DNA of 64,000 bases from an uncultured Methanoregulaceae archaeon (GTDB lineage Archaea > Halobacteriota > Methanomicrobia > Methanomicrobiales > Methanospirillaceae): positions 1,472,001 through 1,536,000 of the forward strand of contig CAVTTL010000001.1 in NCBI GenBank assembly GCA_963737635.1, read 5' to 3'. Positions 39,452 through 49,890 of the stretch are shown piece by piece; the stretch's first letter is position 1; each line of letters starts with the position of its first letter. The notes beneath the pieces were generated by a model that worked only from the letters and a program-made list of their open reading frames with translations, ran no database searches and was not told the origin of the DNA. The position numbers and the translations under genes are program-made.

Positions 39452-40201
39452 TTATTTATTCGAATCGCCTTTACTGTCAATAAGATTGATGAGATCGTGC
39501 AGTGGCTTAGTGCCTGATCCCACAACGATGCCTGATATTAATGCATCCCAGAAATGGCCACTTCCTAGTATAAAGGGGACAAAGTCAATGCCAAGTACCT
39601 GCAGTAAGCCGACAGTGAGATAACATACGAAAATCCCAACGCCAGAGGCGATGCACCATAATGAAACAGCTCTCGCTTTGTTTTTTGGACTTTTGGCGTC
39701 ATCGTCATTGTTGCCACCCAAAATCTGGGAATTACTGAAGGGTTCGATCAAACGTTCAATAAACTGTGCTAGCACATAGAAGACAGCGAAGATACTGATT
39801 CCGCTGGCAGCAGTACCAGCAGCTGAATTTGTAGTGGAATTAGATGAGCTGCTCGTAAAATTAAACGCGGGTGAAGAACTATTTATGAACGATCCCACGC
39901 CTAAATAACATAATCCGATGACGATACCGATAAAAACGACAATGAATATGAATCCAATGAGATAGATCCAAAAATTGCTTTTAGAAAAGCTTACGTTTGT
40001 TGTGGATCCTGCCTTCACATTCACCATTCTTGGAACCGAGGGAACACCGTCCTGACAGATTAAAATGGAATGTTTACCTTCATCGACATCCAGCGTTGTG
40101 TTTGTTTGTTCCGTCATTTCCTTACAATCCAGAAAGATATTAGCCTTATCTGGGACTGACTCTACGCTAATTTTACCTTTTTGTGGTTGACCTGGACTCA
40201 T
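39452..40201 (-). CDS. PEGA-domain multi-TM membrane protein
   Basis: ISVESVPDKANIFLD..TNTTL..GKHSI (PEGA-like), then about 4 TM helices ending SGIVVGSGTKPLHDLI. Confidence 0.7.
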   Translation of the reverse strand: MSPGQPQKGKISVESVPDKANIFLDCKEMTEQTNTTLDVDEGKHSILICQDGVPSVPRMVNVKAGSTTNVSFSKSNFWIYLIGFIFIVVFIGIVIGLCYLGVGSFINSSSPAFNFTSSSSNSTTNSAAGTAASGISIFAVFYVLAQFIERLIEPFSNSQILGGNNDDDAKSPKNKARAVSLWCIASGVGIFVCYLTVGLLQVLGIDFVPFILGSGHFWDALISGIVVGSGTKPLHDLINLIDSKGDSNK

Positions 40202-40643
40202 ATGCCTACCCCGTAACCCAAAGGTATTACGTAAACACTACAAACCCCCTCTAATATATATGTATCTATTTTAATCTCTTTTATTATTCAGATATTTATC
40301 GAATTAAATCCCAGACTCATAAAAATATGAGAATCTTATTTCTGTTGCGTTGTCGGGACGCCACAGTTGCGGGGGGCATAGCTGAATCCCTTGGTAGTGT
40401 TCAGATGAACTCGCTTTTTAAAACAAATATTAGGAGGCAAAATCGGTGGTTAAAATGGGACTATAACCTTAATTTTTTCGGATTATGACTGATTTTCACT
40501 CTGGAAATACTTTTCTTCCTTCCCACCGGACATATCATTATTATTTTAGTGTGAATCAGCCATGACCGTTATTTCTGATCATCTACAGGGCAGCCGAAGA
40601 ACCGGTTTCAGGCAACGCGAGACATCCTGTCAGGAGGGTCACC

Positions 40644-41213
40644 ATGTCAGCGTCTGATCTCCTTTTCGTCCCCATCTGGGTAGGATTCTATGTTTACTGG
40701 CTGGTCTCGGCGTACAAGACCCGCTCCCCGGTGAAAAGGAAGCAGTCGCGTATCTCATATTTATCTTACGGGGTCCTCTGGGTCGCCATCTGGGTTTTGG
40801 TCGTCAGCTGGTTTGCACCCGATCTCTTGGGTGACCGTATCGTTCCTGTCGGCATAGGGTTTACTATAGCCGGCCTGCTCATCACCTTTGTCGGCCTCGG
40901 CTTTGCTATCTGGGCCCGGGTCCACCTGGGAAAAAACTGGAGCGGGATGCCCACGATCCGGCAGGAGCATACCCTTACCCGCACGGGGCCGTACCGATTT
41001 GTACGCCATCCCATCTATTCGGGGCTCATTCTTGCCCTCTTTGGGACCGCAATCGGTATTGGGTACTTCTGGGTCTTCTCCAGTGTCCTCCTCGTCTTCG
41101 TTCTGTTCGTGATAAAATTCCGGATGGAAGAACAGTTCCTCGAGGAGGAATTCGGCGAGGAGTACGCCAAATACAAAAGAGAAGTCAAGGCGCTCATACC
41201 ATACGTGATATGA
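40644..41213 (+). CDS. Isoprenylcysteine carboxyl methyltransferase (ICMT/PEMT) family membrane protein
   Basis: WARVHLGKNWS, GPYRFVRHPIYSG, EEQFL..FGEEYAKY. Confidence 0.9.
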   Translation: MSASDLLFVPIWVGFYVYWLVSAYKTRSPVKRKQSRISYLSYGVLWVAIWVLVVSWFAPDLLGDRIVPVGIGFTIAGLLITFVGLGFAIWARVHLGKNWSGMPTIRQEHTLTRTGPYRFVRHPIYSGLILALFGTAIGIGYFWVFSSVLLVFVLFVIKFRMEEQFLEEEFGEEYAKYKREVKALIPYVI

Positions 41214-41237
41214 AGGGGCGGGGCTTTGAAAAAAGAA

Positions 41238-41387
41238 TTACCGGATCTTAGGAATCGAACACAGGTTGCCGCACGAATTGATGCTGTACGACAGGAGGAT
41301 GGTCTCATCGTCAAGATCTTTTTCACCGATGCCGATCCTGCTTAGCTTGTCACGGATTAATTTTATCTTTTTTTCAGTATTTTGCAT
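41238..41387 (-). CDS. Possible 49-aa small protein
   Basis: MQNTEKKIKLIRDKLSRIGIGEKDLDDETILLSYSINSCGNLCSIPKIR; fills the gap between convergent/divergent genes. Confidence 0.35.
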   Translation of the reverse strand: MQNTEKKIKLIRDKLSRIGIGEKDLDDETILLSYSINSCGNLCSIPKIR

Positions 41388-41544
41388 AAGACAATATATC
41401 ATTGGCGGGTGACACGATAAAGGGATGTATGGCAGAAGGAGTTTACGTTTTTGATTCTGTTTTCCGCACTGGGGCATCTGGGTTTGATAATGGATCTTTA
41501 AGTTTATCCTGTATCAGGTGTATAGTTGATAATCCGGGAAGAGT

Positions 41545-41916
41545 ATGGACAAGAAATTAGTAATCGATACTCTCGGCTGGGGTCTCCTCCTCTGGTTCAT
41601 TGGCTATGTTCTCGGCATTATCCTGTTCTTTGTTCTCCCGGTTTCGTTGATTGGCTGGGCAATCCTGCCGATAGGGGTCATCATCACCTTCTGGGTCTTG
41701 TTCAAAAAAGTGAAACGTGAAGATTTCCGGTATTATGTTATTCTGGCCCTCACCTGGACCGCGATTGCTCTTATCTGCGATTATGTGTTTATCGTCTGGG
41801 CACTGAAACCGGCTGATGGATACTACAAGCCGGATGTGTACGTGTATTATGCACTGATATTCGTCATGCCGCTTATCGCCGGCTGGTGGAAAAATCATGC
41901 AAACAGCAAAATGTGA
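41545..41916 (+). CDS. Hypothetical 4-TM membrane protein
   Basis: Hydrophobic helices; GYYKPDVYVYY loop. Confidence 0.75.
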   Translation: MDKKLVIDTLGWGLLLWFIGYVLGIILFFVLPVSLIGWAILPIGVIITFWVLFKKVKREDFRYYVILALTWTAIALICDYVFIVWALKPADGYYKPDVYVYYALIFVMPLIAGWWKNHANSKM

Positions 41917-42075
41917 CGGTAATCTCATTGCGCCCTGCGGGATGAACTGTGGTATCTGTAAGGTGCATTTACGCCGGAATAATTCTTGTCCCGGGTGAAA
42001 TTCGGTAACACTCGACTAGCCCAAAAGCCGGGTGCAGTGCTGGTTGCTACTGTGTCCAATGGCTCTTCTCTCTCT

Positions 42076-42678
42076 TTATAACGGTGCCACAGAGACATTC
42101 ATGACTGTCAGGTTAAAGGATTCATGTGTGACCGCATAATCCGGCCGGTAGTTGAACACATAGTCGTCCATCTCGAGCATAAATCCCGAAATGCCATGGG
42201 GGGTGATCGTCACCGTTTCGTAGGCCGTCGCCCGTGGCAGGCTTGGGGGATAGGCCCCGATTATTTCGCCTCTCATGACAACCTGCAGCGGATAGGAAGA
42301 GAGGGATTGGATGACTCCCGAGATTGTAATGTTTCCTTTAGTAATAACTCCCTGGTCATCGAAAGAAAGCGGAAAGATCTGGGTACCTACGCCGTAGACG
42401 TAGATGGAAGACATCGTAGGGGACGGGATGGGTTTTGTCGTCAGCGTCGCGATCGGCTCTGGTACTGGGGTTGCCGTAACAGTCGTGGCGGATGGTTGTG
42501 GTGGAGGTGTGATATTCTCGGTAACGGGCGAAGGTGTTGGTGTTGTGGTGACAACCACCGGGGAGACCGTCGGTGGGCTTGTGGTATTTCCGGCGGGTTG
42601 TGAAGAGGTACACCCGGCCGAAAGAATGACTAGGATAATGAGTACCCCGGGAAGAAGCCACATCTTTTTCTGGTCCAT
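42076..42678 (-). CDS. Lipoprotein with Pro/Thr linker
   Basis: LSAGC lipobox, P/T-rich stalk, beta-rich C-terminal domain. Confidence 0.75.
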   Translation of the reverse strand: MDQKKMWLLPGVLIILVILSAGCTSSQPAGNTTSPPTVSPVVVTTTPTPSPVTENITPPPQPSATTVTATPVPEPIATLTTKPIPSPTMSSIYVYGVGTQIFPLSFDDQGVITKGNITISGVIQSLSSYPLQVVMRGEIIGAYPPSLPRATAYETVTITPHGISGFMLEMDDYVFNYRPDYAVTHESFNLTVMNVSVAPL

Positions 42679-42868
42679 GATATCCTCTTAAGTCCTTCCG
42701 GAGGGAAAACCGTTGTGGCCGTGATATGTTTCAGGATCGCTCAAGCCTTGGAAAAGGACCCATGAAAAACGTGAATTGCGATTCAAGCAGAAAAATCCCG
42801 CAGAACAAAAGAACCGGTCTCGTGCTAACAGCTAAAGACATATAAAATCAGGTAACGTATGCTTTACA

Positions 42869-43117
42869 ATGCCACCCTATATGATGTATCACACGCATTC
42901 GTTTACCGGGGCCATTCTGATGATCGCAATCTGGGTCGTCCAGCTGCTCATCGCGTTTCTCATCTACCGGGATGCAAAAGAACAGAAGATGCTTGCCCCC
43001 GTCTGGACCGTTCTTGCCATCCTCCCCATCTTCGGGTACCTAGTCGATGTGCTCTATCTGATTATCCGGGAACTCAGGCCCTCCCGGAAGATCGAAAACC
43101 CGCCTGCATCTTTGTAA
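42869..43117 (+). CDS. Small membrane protein
   Basis: IAFLIYRDAKE..VWTVLAILPIFG..LYLIIR; start uncertain. Confidence 0.65.
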   Translation: MPPYMMYHTHSFTGAILMIAIWVVQLLIAFLIYRDAKEQKMLAPVWTVLAILPIFGYLVDVLYLIIRELRPSRKIENPPASL

Positions 43118-43150
43118 ATCAAAGGAAGCAGACCGGACTTTACCCCTATT

Positions 43151-44384
43151 TTATCTGAGTCTCTTTACTTTCATCATCGCGATAATGCCGGCTACTGAAG
43201 GGAGTGCAGTACTGACAAGCGCTCCCCGCCACCCAATAACCGGCACAAGAATTTCGGTAACCACGGGTGCGCAAAGAGCGGTGAGCCCGACCATCAGATT
43301 CAGGATGCCGGATGCAGGACCGGGCATATTCCGGGCCGATGATCTCCCGCGGCGAGGCAAAGACCATTGCCGGCGTCATCCCCCACACGATCCCAAGGAC
43401 GATAAAAAAGAATACCCATAGCAGGAGATCCCGGCCAAGGAAGAATATCACCGGGCAGAGCAGGAGACCCGCCCCCATCGATACAAGGATGAAGATCTTC
43501 CGCGTTCGGTATCTGTCCGACACCATACCAGTGATAGGCGCTGCCCAGATGATCATCGAGACCGGGAGGATCGCGAGTACGGATGCCGTAAAGAGATTAA
43601 ATCCGAGAACCGTGGTGAAATAGGCGGGTGCAAGTGAGGTAACTCCGAGCAGGTAATAGTTGAGTGCGAACCACGCGACTGCGATGAGCCATACTTCGCG
43701 ATCGAGAAATGCAGACCTGAGGCAGTCATGGCGAAGGCAGACCGCACGCTCATCGGCGAAATGCCCTTTGTCCCACACGCCGGCGTCCGCCGGTTGTTTT
43801 GCAAGAATCGTCCAGAGAACCAGGGATGTGACCGCAAAGATAACGGAGAACCACAGGACAGAGATCCAGCCGTATGAAGCGATAAGGGCCGGCGCAAGTA
43901 CGAAGACGAGCAATCCTGAAAGCGGGAGTGTTGTCGACCAGATCCCTGTTGCAAGGCCCATCTCGGTCTTCCGGAACCAGACAGAGAAAGCACTTACCGG
44001 CCATGTGAATGCCATCCCAAAGCCCAGGCCCGCGATGAACCGGCCGACGAAGATTCCCCAAAAGGTCGGGAACCCTGCTGTGATGACGGCGCCAATAAGA
44101 ATAGTTCCAAGACAGACCATTCCCGCCAATTTCCAGCTGAGCCGGGGAGAGAGAATCGCAAACGGGATTGCCATGACCGAGATGCCGATGCCAAAACTGG
44201 TCAGTGCAGCAAACCCCACGTCAGCGAATGATATGCCAAGGAACGCAGTCAGGGCGGGGAAAAGCGGCGGCATTACAAAGAGTGCTATAGGGCCGGTCAT
44301 ACCGGCAAAAAATGCAGCGAAGAGAATTACCCACCGGTACCAGTGATTTCCGATGTCCGGCGTAGATGTCCCCTGTTTATGCAC
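43151..44384 (-). CDS. MFS transporter, one frameshift near 43323
   Basis: GRFIAGLGFG, MGLATGIW, GMVSDRYRTRK; last helices (GPASGILNLMVG..) in the adjacent frame. Confidence 0.85.
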
Positions 44385-44518
44385 GGTCGTCGTACCATTT
44401 ATATCTTGGTTTGGTGCATGTCGTTAAACCTACGGGAGAAAAGGGGTAAACAAGGGGCAGGAGGGCCAACCCGAGACTGTCTGATTTTTGTATGTCTCTA
44501 AAAAAAGAAAGGGCGGAA

Positions 44519-46202
44519 TTACTGGCTTTTTCTCTGGTTTTCCGTTCTGACGATGAGAGCGCCCACGCCGAGGAGTGCACCAATAGTTACGATGACCGGC
44601 AGCGGCGTGTGCGTTGTAGGCGCCGGTGCAGGAACAAGACTGGCATGGATCGCAACAGTTTGGCCGCTTGACGGCCATTGAGTCACGGCGCCGGTATAGG
44701 GAATGTATCCGGTATTCTCGACCCGGTAGGTCTGGACAGGTGTCGCGGTAGTATAAACGGTCACGAAGAGGACACCGTTGGTGATATTTCCTTCATAGGT
44801 ATTATCGAAATACACCTGAGCACCTTCCACATTGCCATAGACCGCAATGATTCCTTGTCCGGAGCCGATGGGCGGCGGCGACGGATAGAAGGTTGGCGTG
44901 TAGAACGAGGTGTGGCCTGCACTGACTGTTATCCGCTGGGTATCATCGGAGTAGCCGTTCAAGGTTGCTTTCATCACGTAGGTGGCCGGGGCAAGGTTCG
45001 TGATGGTAACTGGCGAAACGCCGTAATACTGGCTGTTCAGGTACATGGAAGCGCCGTCCGGTGTGGACTGCGCAAAGATCGCTCCCACCGGCGACGGGTT
45101 GGGCGAGGGTTGGAGGGCCGGGTAGTACCCCGCTGTCTGGCCCGATGAAACGGTAACCAGCTGTGTCGTGGAGCTATAGCCATTCAGGGCGGCCATCACC
45201 GAATAGGTGCCGGGGTTGAGGTTGTGAACGGTGATCGGCGTGGTCCCGTAATAGACGCCGCTGACATAAATGCTTGCCCCGGCCGGCGTGGACTGCACAA
45301 ATATTGCCCCGGGGGCTACCGGCGGGTTCGGTGAAGGCCGGAGTGATGGGTAATACCCGGTAGTCTGGCCCGGGTACACCGTGACCGTCCGCATATCAGA
45401 ATAATAGCCGCCCAGGACCGCCATCACCGAATAGGTGCCGGGGAAGAGGCTGTTGACGGTAACCGGAGAGTTCCCGTTGACTGTTACCGTTGACGTAGAT
45501 CGTGGCGCCGGCAGGAACGGACTGTGCAAAGATTACGCCGTTATTCATCACCTGGCCGTTTACTGTGATAAGATCGGTCTTGGTAATAGCATCCGAACCG
45601 TTCAAATTGCTGACCGTCAGCGTTACGGTGTAGGTGCCCGGGTCGGTGTACGTGTGTGTTGGGTTCCCGACTGTTGCGGTGGAACCGTCGCCGAAATCCC
45701 AGTACCACATGGTGGGGCTATTGAGTGACGTATCGGTGAAGCTGACTGAGAGCGGCCCGGAACCTTGAGTCGGGGAGGCAGTAAAATCGGCTACAGGTGC
45801 ATACGGACCCGGCATTGGTGAAGTCGTTTCCTCAGTGGTTGGCATGAGCGTCGGCTGCTCAGTTGGCGAAGTTGTTTCCTCAGTAGGATTGAGTGTCGGC
45901 TGCTCAGTTGGTGAAGTTGTCTCCTCAGTAGGGTTGAGCGTAGGTTGTTCAGTCGGTTGAGTTGTTTCCTCAGTAGGATTGAGCGTCGGTTCCTCGGTCG
46001 GGTACGTGACGGGTTCCATCGTCGTTTCTGTGGTCGTTTCTTCTTGGGCTCTGAGAAGCGGCAGGCCTTGTGAAATAACGGTCTGTCCAGTCGAGCCAGT
46101 GTTCGCTATACTCGTATCGCTCATCTGTGTCTCCGCCGATACTACGGACAGGCAGAGCAGGCAAAGCACGAGTGCCAGGAAAAGTACCATCACTTTTTTC
46201 AT
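44519..46202 (-). CDS. Surface protein: T/E/P repeat stalk, PKD, multiple PEGA domains, C-terminal anchor; one frameshift near 45480
   Basis: WYWDFGDG PKD; three QSxPxGAxxY..PxTxxNLxPxTY-like PEGA units; TPLP + TM tail. Confidence 0.85.
45822..45995 (-). repeat. Intragenic 45-bp tandem repeat (TEQPTLNPTEETTSP, ~4 copies)
   Basis: Seen in DNA and protein. Confidence 0.85.
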
Positions 46203-46395
46203 TGTTACATCTCTTTTGTATCACGTGTCTGCAATCCCGCTCCTATATATCCTGCGATAAAAAAATCTCCGGGCACCCTGCGACATAGAATTGCACGCAT
46301 TTTAGGCAGGATATACACACCCGGTAAGAAGGTCTTATGCGGGAGAGGCGCAGATATAAGGATACACGAGAACAGTCGTGTGCGGAAACGCTATC

Positions 46396-46731
46396 ATGAC
46401 CGATACCGGACGAGAAGATCTTAAGGAAAAAGTCCTGTCTATCAACGACCTCGTCGCGTACCAACCCGGCACGGTCGCAAGCCGGATGATCGTCTTTAAA
46501 AAAGCCGGCACGATCACGGTTTTCACCTTTGATGCAGGAGAAGGGCTCTCAGAACATACCGCCCCCTACGACGCAGTGCTCATGGTGACCGAAGGTTCTG
46601 CCGAGGTGCAGATTGCGGGAACGCCGTACACCGTCAAGACCGGCGATATGATCATCCTGCCGGCAAACAAGCCACACGCGGTCTTCGCACACGAACGGTT
46701 CCGGATGATCCTGACGATGATCCGCGAGTAA
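46396..46731 (+). CDS. Cupin-domain protein
   Basis: FDAGEGLSEHTAP..EG..GDMIILPANKPHAV. Confidence 0.88.
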   Translation: MTDTGREDLKEKVLSINDLVAYQPGTVASRMIVFKKAGTITVFTFDAGEGLSEHTAPYDAVLMVTEGSAEVQIAGTPYTVKTGDMIILPANKPHAVFAHERFRMILTMIRE

Positions 46732-46766
46732 AACCCCTGACAGGTCTTTTCCTCTTTACCTGCCGG

Positions 46767-46991
46767 TCACTCAATAAGGGTGATGATTGTTACGGGACAG
46801 AGGTCTGCCGCATCCCGTGCACAGCTGATGCTGTCGGGAAGCGTAATGCTTTTTGCCGGATCGTTGTCTTTCTGGAATGCGGAAACGATCTGGCTGAATG
46901 AATCCTTCTCATTCTGGACAAAGAGCACCGGGCATGCATCCCAGCACGAACCACAGCTCACGCACTGCATCCGGTCAATGGTTACCTTCAT
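46767..46991 (-). CDS. Monocluster ferredoxin
   Basis: CVSCGSCWDACP..AADLCPVTII. Confidence 0.85.
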   Translation of the reverse strand: MKVTIDRMQCVSCGSCWDACPVLFVQNEKDSFSQIVSAFQKDNDPAKSITLPDSISCARDAADLCPVTIITLIE

Positions 46992-47143
46992 ACGATCTCC
47001 TGCATCCGTACTCAGGCTTCGCATGGGGTTTCCTAGCGCAATAAATATTCCAGTCGTACCTAGTATCGACTCCATAAACGTTATTACCACCAAAAGAAAG
47101 ACGGGAGGGCAAAGAAATCCCCCTTGTACTGGAGGGTAATTTC

Positions 47144-49585
47144 TTGCCTGAACCGGAGAAGAAGAACGCAGAACTCAAAATTGCCGGAATGCATTGCGCT
47201 ACCTGTGCGGTTAGCGTGGAAGAAGCGCTTGCCCACGTAAAAGACGTCTCAAAGGCGCAGGTGAATTTCGGGAACGAGACTGCCCGGGTCGAGTTCGATC
47301 CGTTGAAGGTCTCCATCAGGGATCTCGAAAAGGCTGTACGCGATGCAGGTTACGATGTGGCCAACCGGGAGGTGGTAATCCGGGTTGGCGGTATGATGTG
47401 CGCCACCTGCGTCGAGACCATCGAAGCTGCGCTCCGGGCGCTGCCCGGGATTGTTACCGTGACCGTGAACCTCGGGACTGAGCAGGCGTACGTCACCTAT
47501 AACCCGTCACTGTCCTCGGTCGCCGACATGAAGCAGGCAATCGAGGATGCCGGATACCAGTACCTCGGTATTGCCGGGGAACTCAGCGACGAGGCCGAAA
47601 AGGCTGCGCGGGAGTCAGACCTCCACGACAAGCTGATGCGGTTTTCTGTCGGGTTTGCAGTTGCCATCCCGCTCATGGTTCTCATGTGGGTGCCGCTTGG
47701 GATACCCATACAGCTGATGGCCTACGGCATGCTTGTTGTTTCCACGCCGGTCTTTGTGTATGTCGCCTCTCCCATTTTCAGGGCAGCATGGGTATCACTC
47801 AAAAACAGGATCCTCTCCATGGACGTCATGTACGCTATGGGGACCGGGGTGGCGTTTATCGCAAGCGTGATGGGTACGTTCTCGATCGTGCTTACGACAG
47901 AGTACATGTTCTACGATACTGCGATCATGCTCGCTGCGTTCCTTATGCTCGGCCGCTATCTTGAGGCCCGGGCCAAAGGCAGGACTTCGGATGCGATCCG
48001 GAAACTGGCCGGGCTCCAGGCAAAAACCGCGACGATTATTCAGGAAGGAAAAGAGGTCGAGGTAGCGATTGCGGATCTTGTGGTCGGGGACGTTGTTATC
48101 GTTAAGCCCGGAAGCAGGATCCCGGTCGATGGTGTGGTTGTCGCCGGTGAGAGTTACGTGGACGAGGCAATGATTACCGGAGAACCCATCCCGCCCCTGA
48201 GGGCGAAAGGGAGCCGGGTTGTCGGCGGCACGATCAGCACGAACGGCGTCCTCTCGGTAAAAGCGGCAAAGATCGGCCGCGATACGGTGCTCGCGCAGAT
48301 CATTCAGCTTGTAGACGAGGCGCAAGGGTCAAAACCGCCCGTGCAGCGCATCGCTGATGTCGCAGTCATGTATTTTATCCCGGCGGTCCTGGTGATCGCA
48401 GCGTCGGCATTTATCGCGTGGTACTTCGTCCTCCACGCGACTTTGCTCCTCGCTCTTACAGCGCTCATATCGGTACTCGTGGTCGCCTGCCCCTGTGCGC
48501 TTGGCCTTGCTACACCGACGGCGGTTACAGTAGGAGTTGGGCGGGGTGCGGAGATGGGGATCCTGATACGGAGCGGCGAATCACTAGAGGCCGCTGCTTA
48601 CGTAACGACCGTTATCTTTGATAAGACCGGGACGCTGACGAAAGGACGGCCGGAAGTGACCGATCTGGTGGCAACCGGTCTCACGGAAGGTACGCTTCTT
48701 GCCCTTGCCGCAGCAGTTGAGAAAAATTCCTCTCACCCACTCGCGCAGGCCATTGTTCGGGCCGCAGAAAAGCGGGGTACTGTCCTGGAACCGGCAGAGA
48801 CGTTCGATACTCTGGTAGGAAAAGGTGTTGTCGCTGAGGTGCTGGGCGAGCAGGTGCTGGTGGGCAACCGTTCGCTCATGCAGGATTACGGTATCACCGT
48901 CCCGGCCGGCTTCGATGAACGGATCACCGCATTAGAACAAGACGCGAAGACCGTTGTTTTAGTCGCTTCGGACAACGGGATGGTCGGGGTGATCGCGATC
49001 GCGGACACCCTCAAGGAGACCAGCGCAGAAGCAGTCCGCCGTTTCAGGGAACACGGAATTGCCACGCTGATGGTGACCGGTGACAACCGGCGCACGGCGG
49101 AGACCATAGCACGGACGCTTGGTATCGATCGGGTAGTCGCCGAAGTCCTCCCGGATCAGAAGGCGGCAGAGGTAAAAGCCCTGCAGGAAAAGGGGGAAGT
49201 CGTGGCATTCGTCGGTGACGGGATCAACGATGCCCCGGCGCTTGCACAGGCCGATGTCGGGATCGCTCTTGGGAGCGGAACGGATATTGCCATTGAGAGC
49301 GGCGGGATCGTGCTTGTCCGGGACGACCCGGTCGATGCGGTCGCGGCACTTGAACTTGCCAAAAAAGTGATGGGCAGGATCCGGGGTAACATCTTCTGGG
49401 CCTTTGCCTACAACGCCGCCCTGATCCCGGTGGGTGCCGGCGTCCTCTATCCGTTCCTCGGTTTCATGTTCCGGCCGGAACTTGCGGCCCTTGCGATGGC
49501 TGCGAGTTCGGTCACCGTTGTGACCCTCTCGCTTCTTCTCAAAGGATATATACCGGAAGCAAAGAAAGGAGAACAACGGAGTTGA
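47144..49585 (+). CDS. copA: Cu(+)-exporting P1B-type ATPase with two HMA domains
   Basis: GMHCATC, GMMCATC, TGEP, CPCALGLATP, DKTGTLT, GDGINDAP, YN, MAASS. Confidence 0.95.
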   Translation: MPEPEKKNAELKIAGMHCATCAVSVEEALAHVKDVSKAQVNFGNETARVEFDPLKVSIRDLEKAVRDAGYDVANREVVIRVGGMMCATCVETIEAALRALPGIVTVTVNLGTEQAYVTYNPSLSSVADMKQAIEDAGYQYLGIAGELSDEAEKAARESDLHDKLMRFSVGFAVAIPLMVLMWVPLGIPIQLMAYGMLVVSTPVFVYVASPIFRAAWVSLKNRILSMDVMYAMGTGVAFIASVMGTFSIVLTTEYMFYDTAIMLAAFLMLGRYLEARAKGRTSDAIRKLAGLQAKTATIIQEGKEVEVAIADLVVGDVVIVKPGSRIPVDGVVVAGESYVDEAMITGEPIPPLRAKGSRVVGGTISTNGVLSVKAAKIGRDTVLAQIIQLVDEAQGSKPPVQRIADVAVMYFIPAVLVIAASAFIAWYFVLHATLLLALTALISVLVVACPCALGLATPTAVTVGVGRGAEMGILIRSGESLEAAAYVTTVIFDKTGTLTKGRPEVTDLVATGLTEGTLLALAAAVEKNSSHPLAQAIVRAAEKRGTVLEPAETFDTLVGKGVVAEVLGEQVLVGNRSLMQDYGITVPAGFDERITALEQDAKTVVLVASDNGMVGVIAIADTLKETSAEAVRRFREHGIATLMVTGDNRRTAETIARTLGIDRVVAEVLPDQKAAEVKALQEKGEVVAFVGDGINDAPALAQADVGIALGSGTDIAIESGGIVLVRDDPVDAVAALELAKKVMGRIRGNIFWAFAYNAALIPVGAGVLYPFLGFMFRPELAALAMAASSVTVVTLSLLLKGYIPEAKKGEQRS

Positions 49586-49589
49586 GATA

Positions 49590-49730
49590 ATGGCAATTGA
49601 TCCGATCTGCGGGATGACCGTCGATGAAAAGACGGCAAAGTTCACCAGCGAGTACAAGGAGAAGAAGTACTATTTCTGCGCCCCGGGCTGCAAGAAGAAA
49701 TTCGACGCCGATCCTGCAAAGTACGCGTGA
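49590..49730 (+). CDS. YHS/TRASH-domain metallochaperone (absent from the ORF track)
   Basis: MAIDPICGMTVDEKTAKFTSEYKEKKYYFCAPGCKKKFDADPAKYA. Confidence 0.92.
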   Translation: MAIDPICGMTVDEKTAKFTSEYKEKKYYFCAPGCKKKFDADPAKYA

Positions 49731-49890
49731 CTGCAGAAAAGAAAAACCGGGCACACTCTTCCGTGTGACTCCCCGGATCTTTCCCGTTTTTCGTATTTTC
49801 CCTGCTTTTGAATAACCTTGATATACAACTGGCGGCAACGTGTTTACCTGCTAGTCTCACCGGATATACCGAGAAACCCGAGGCGCTCGC

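Larger units (their letters stand above)
37547..40495. mobile_element. Candidate integrated islet bounded by a 17-bp direct repeat; no integrase visible
   Basis: CGGATTATGACTGATTT at 37547-37563 (fae-hps 3' end) and 40479-40495; interior largely AT-rich. Confidence 0.55.

Noticed and set aside
40460-40495. dif/Xer-like site at the islet repeat (TTATGACTGAT arm)
   Set aside because: No matching left arm ending ATAA at 6-bp spacing in either copy
47050-47142. Imperfect palindromes upstream of copA as a copper-regulator operator
   Set aside because: Too degenerate, and no cognate regulator in the window
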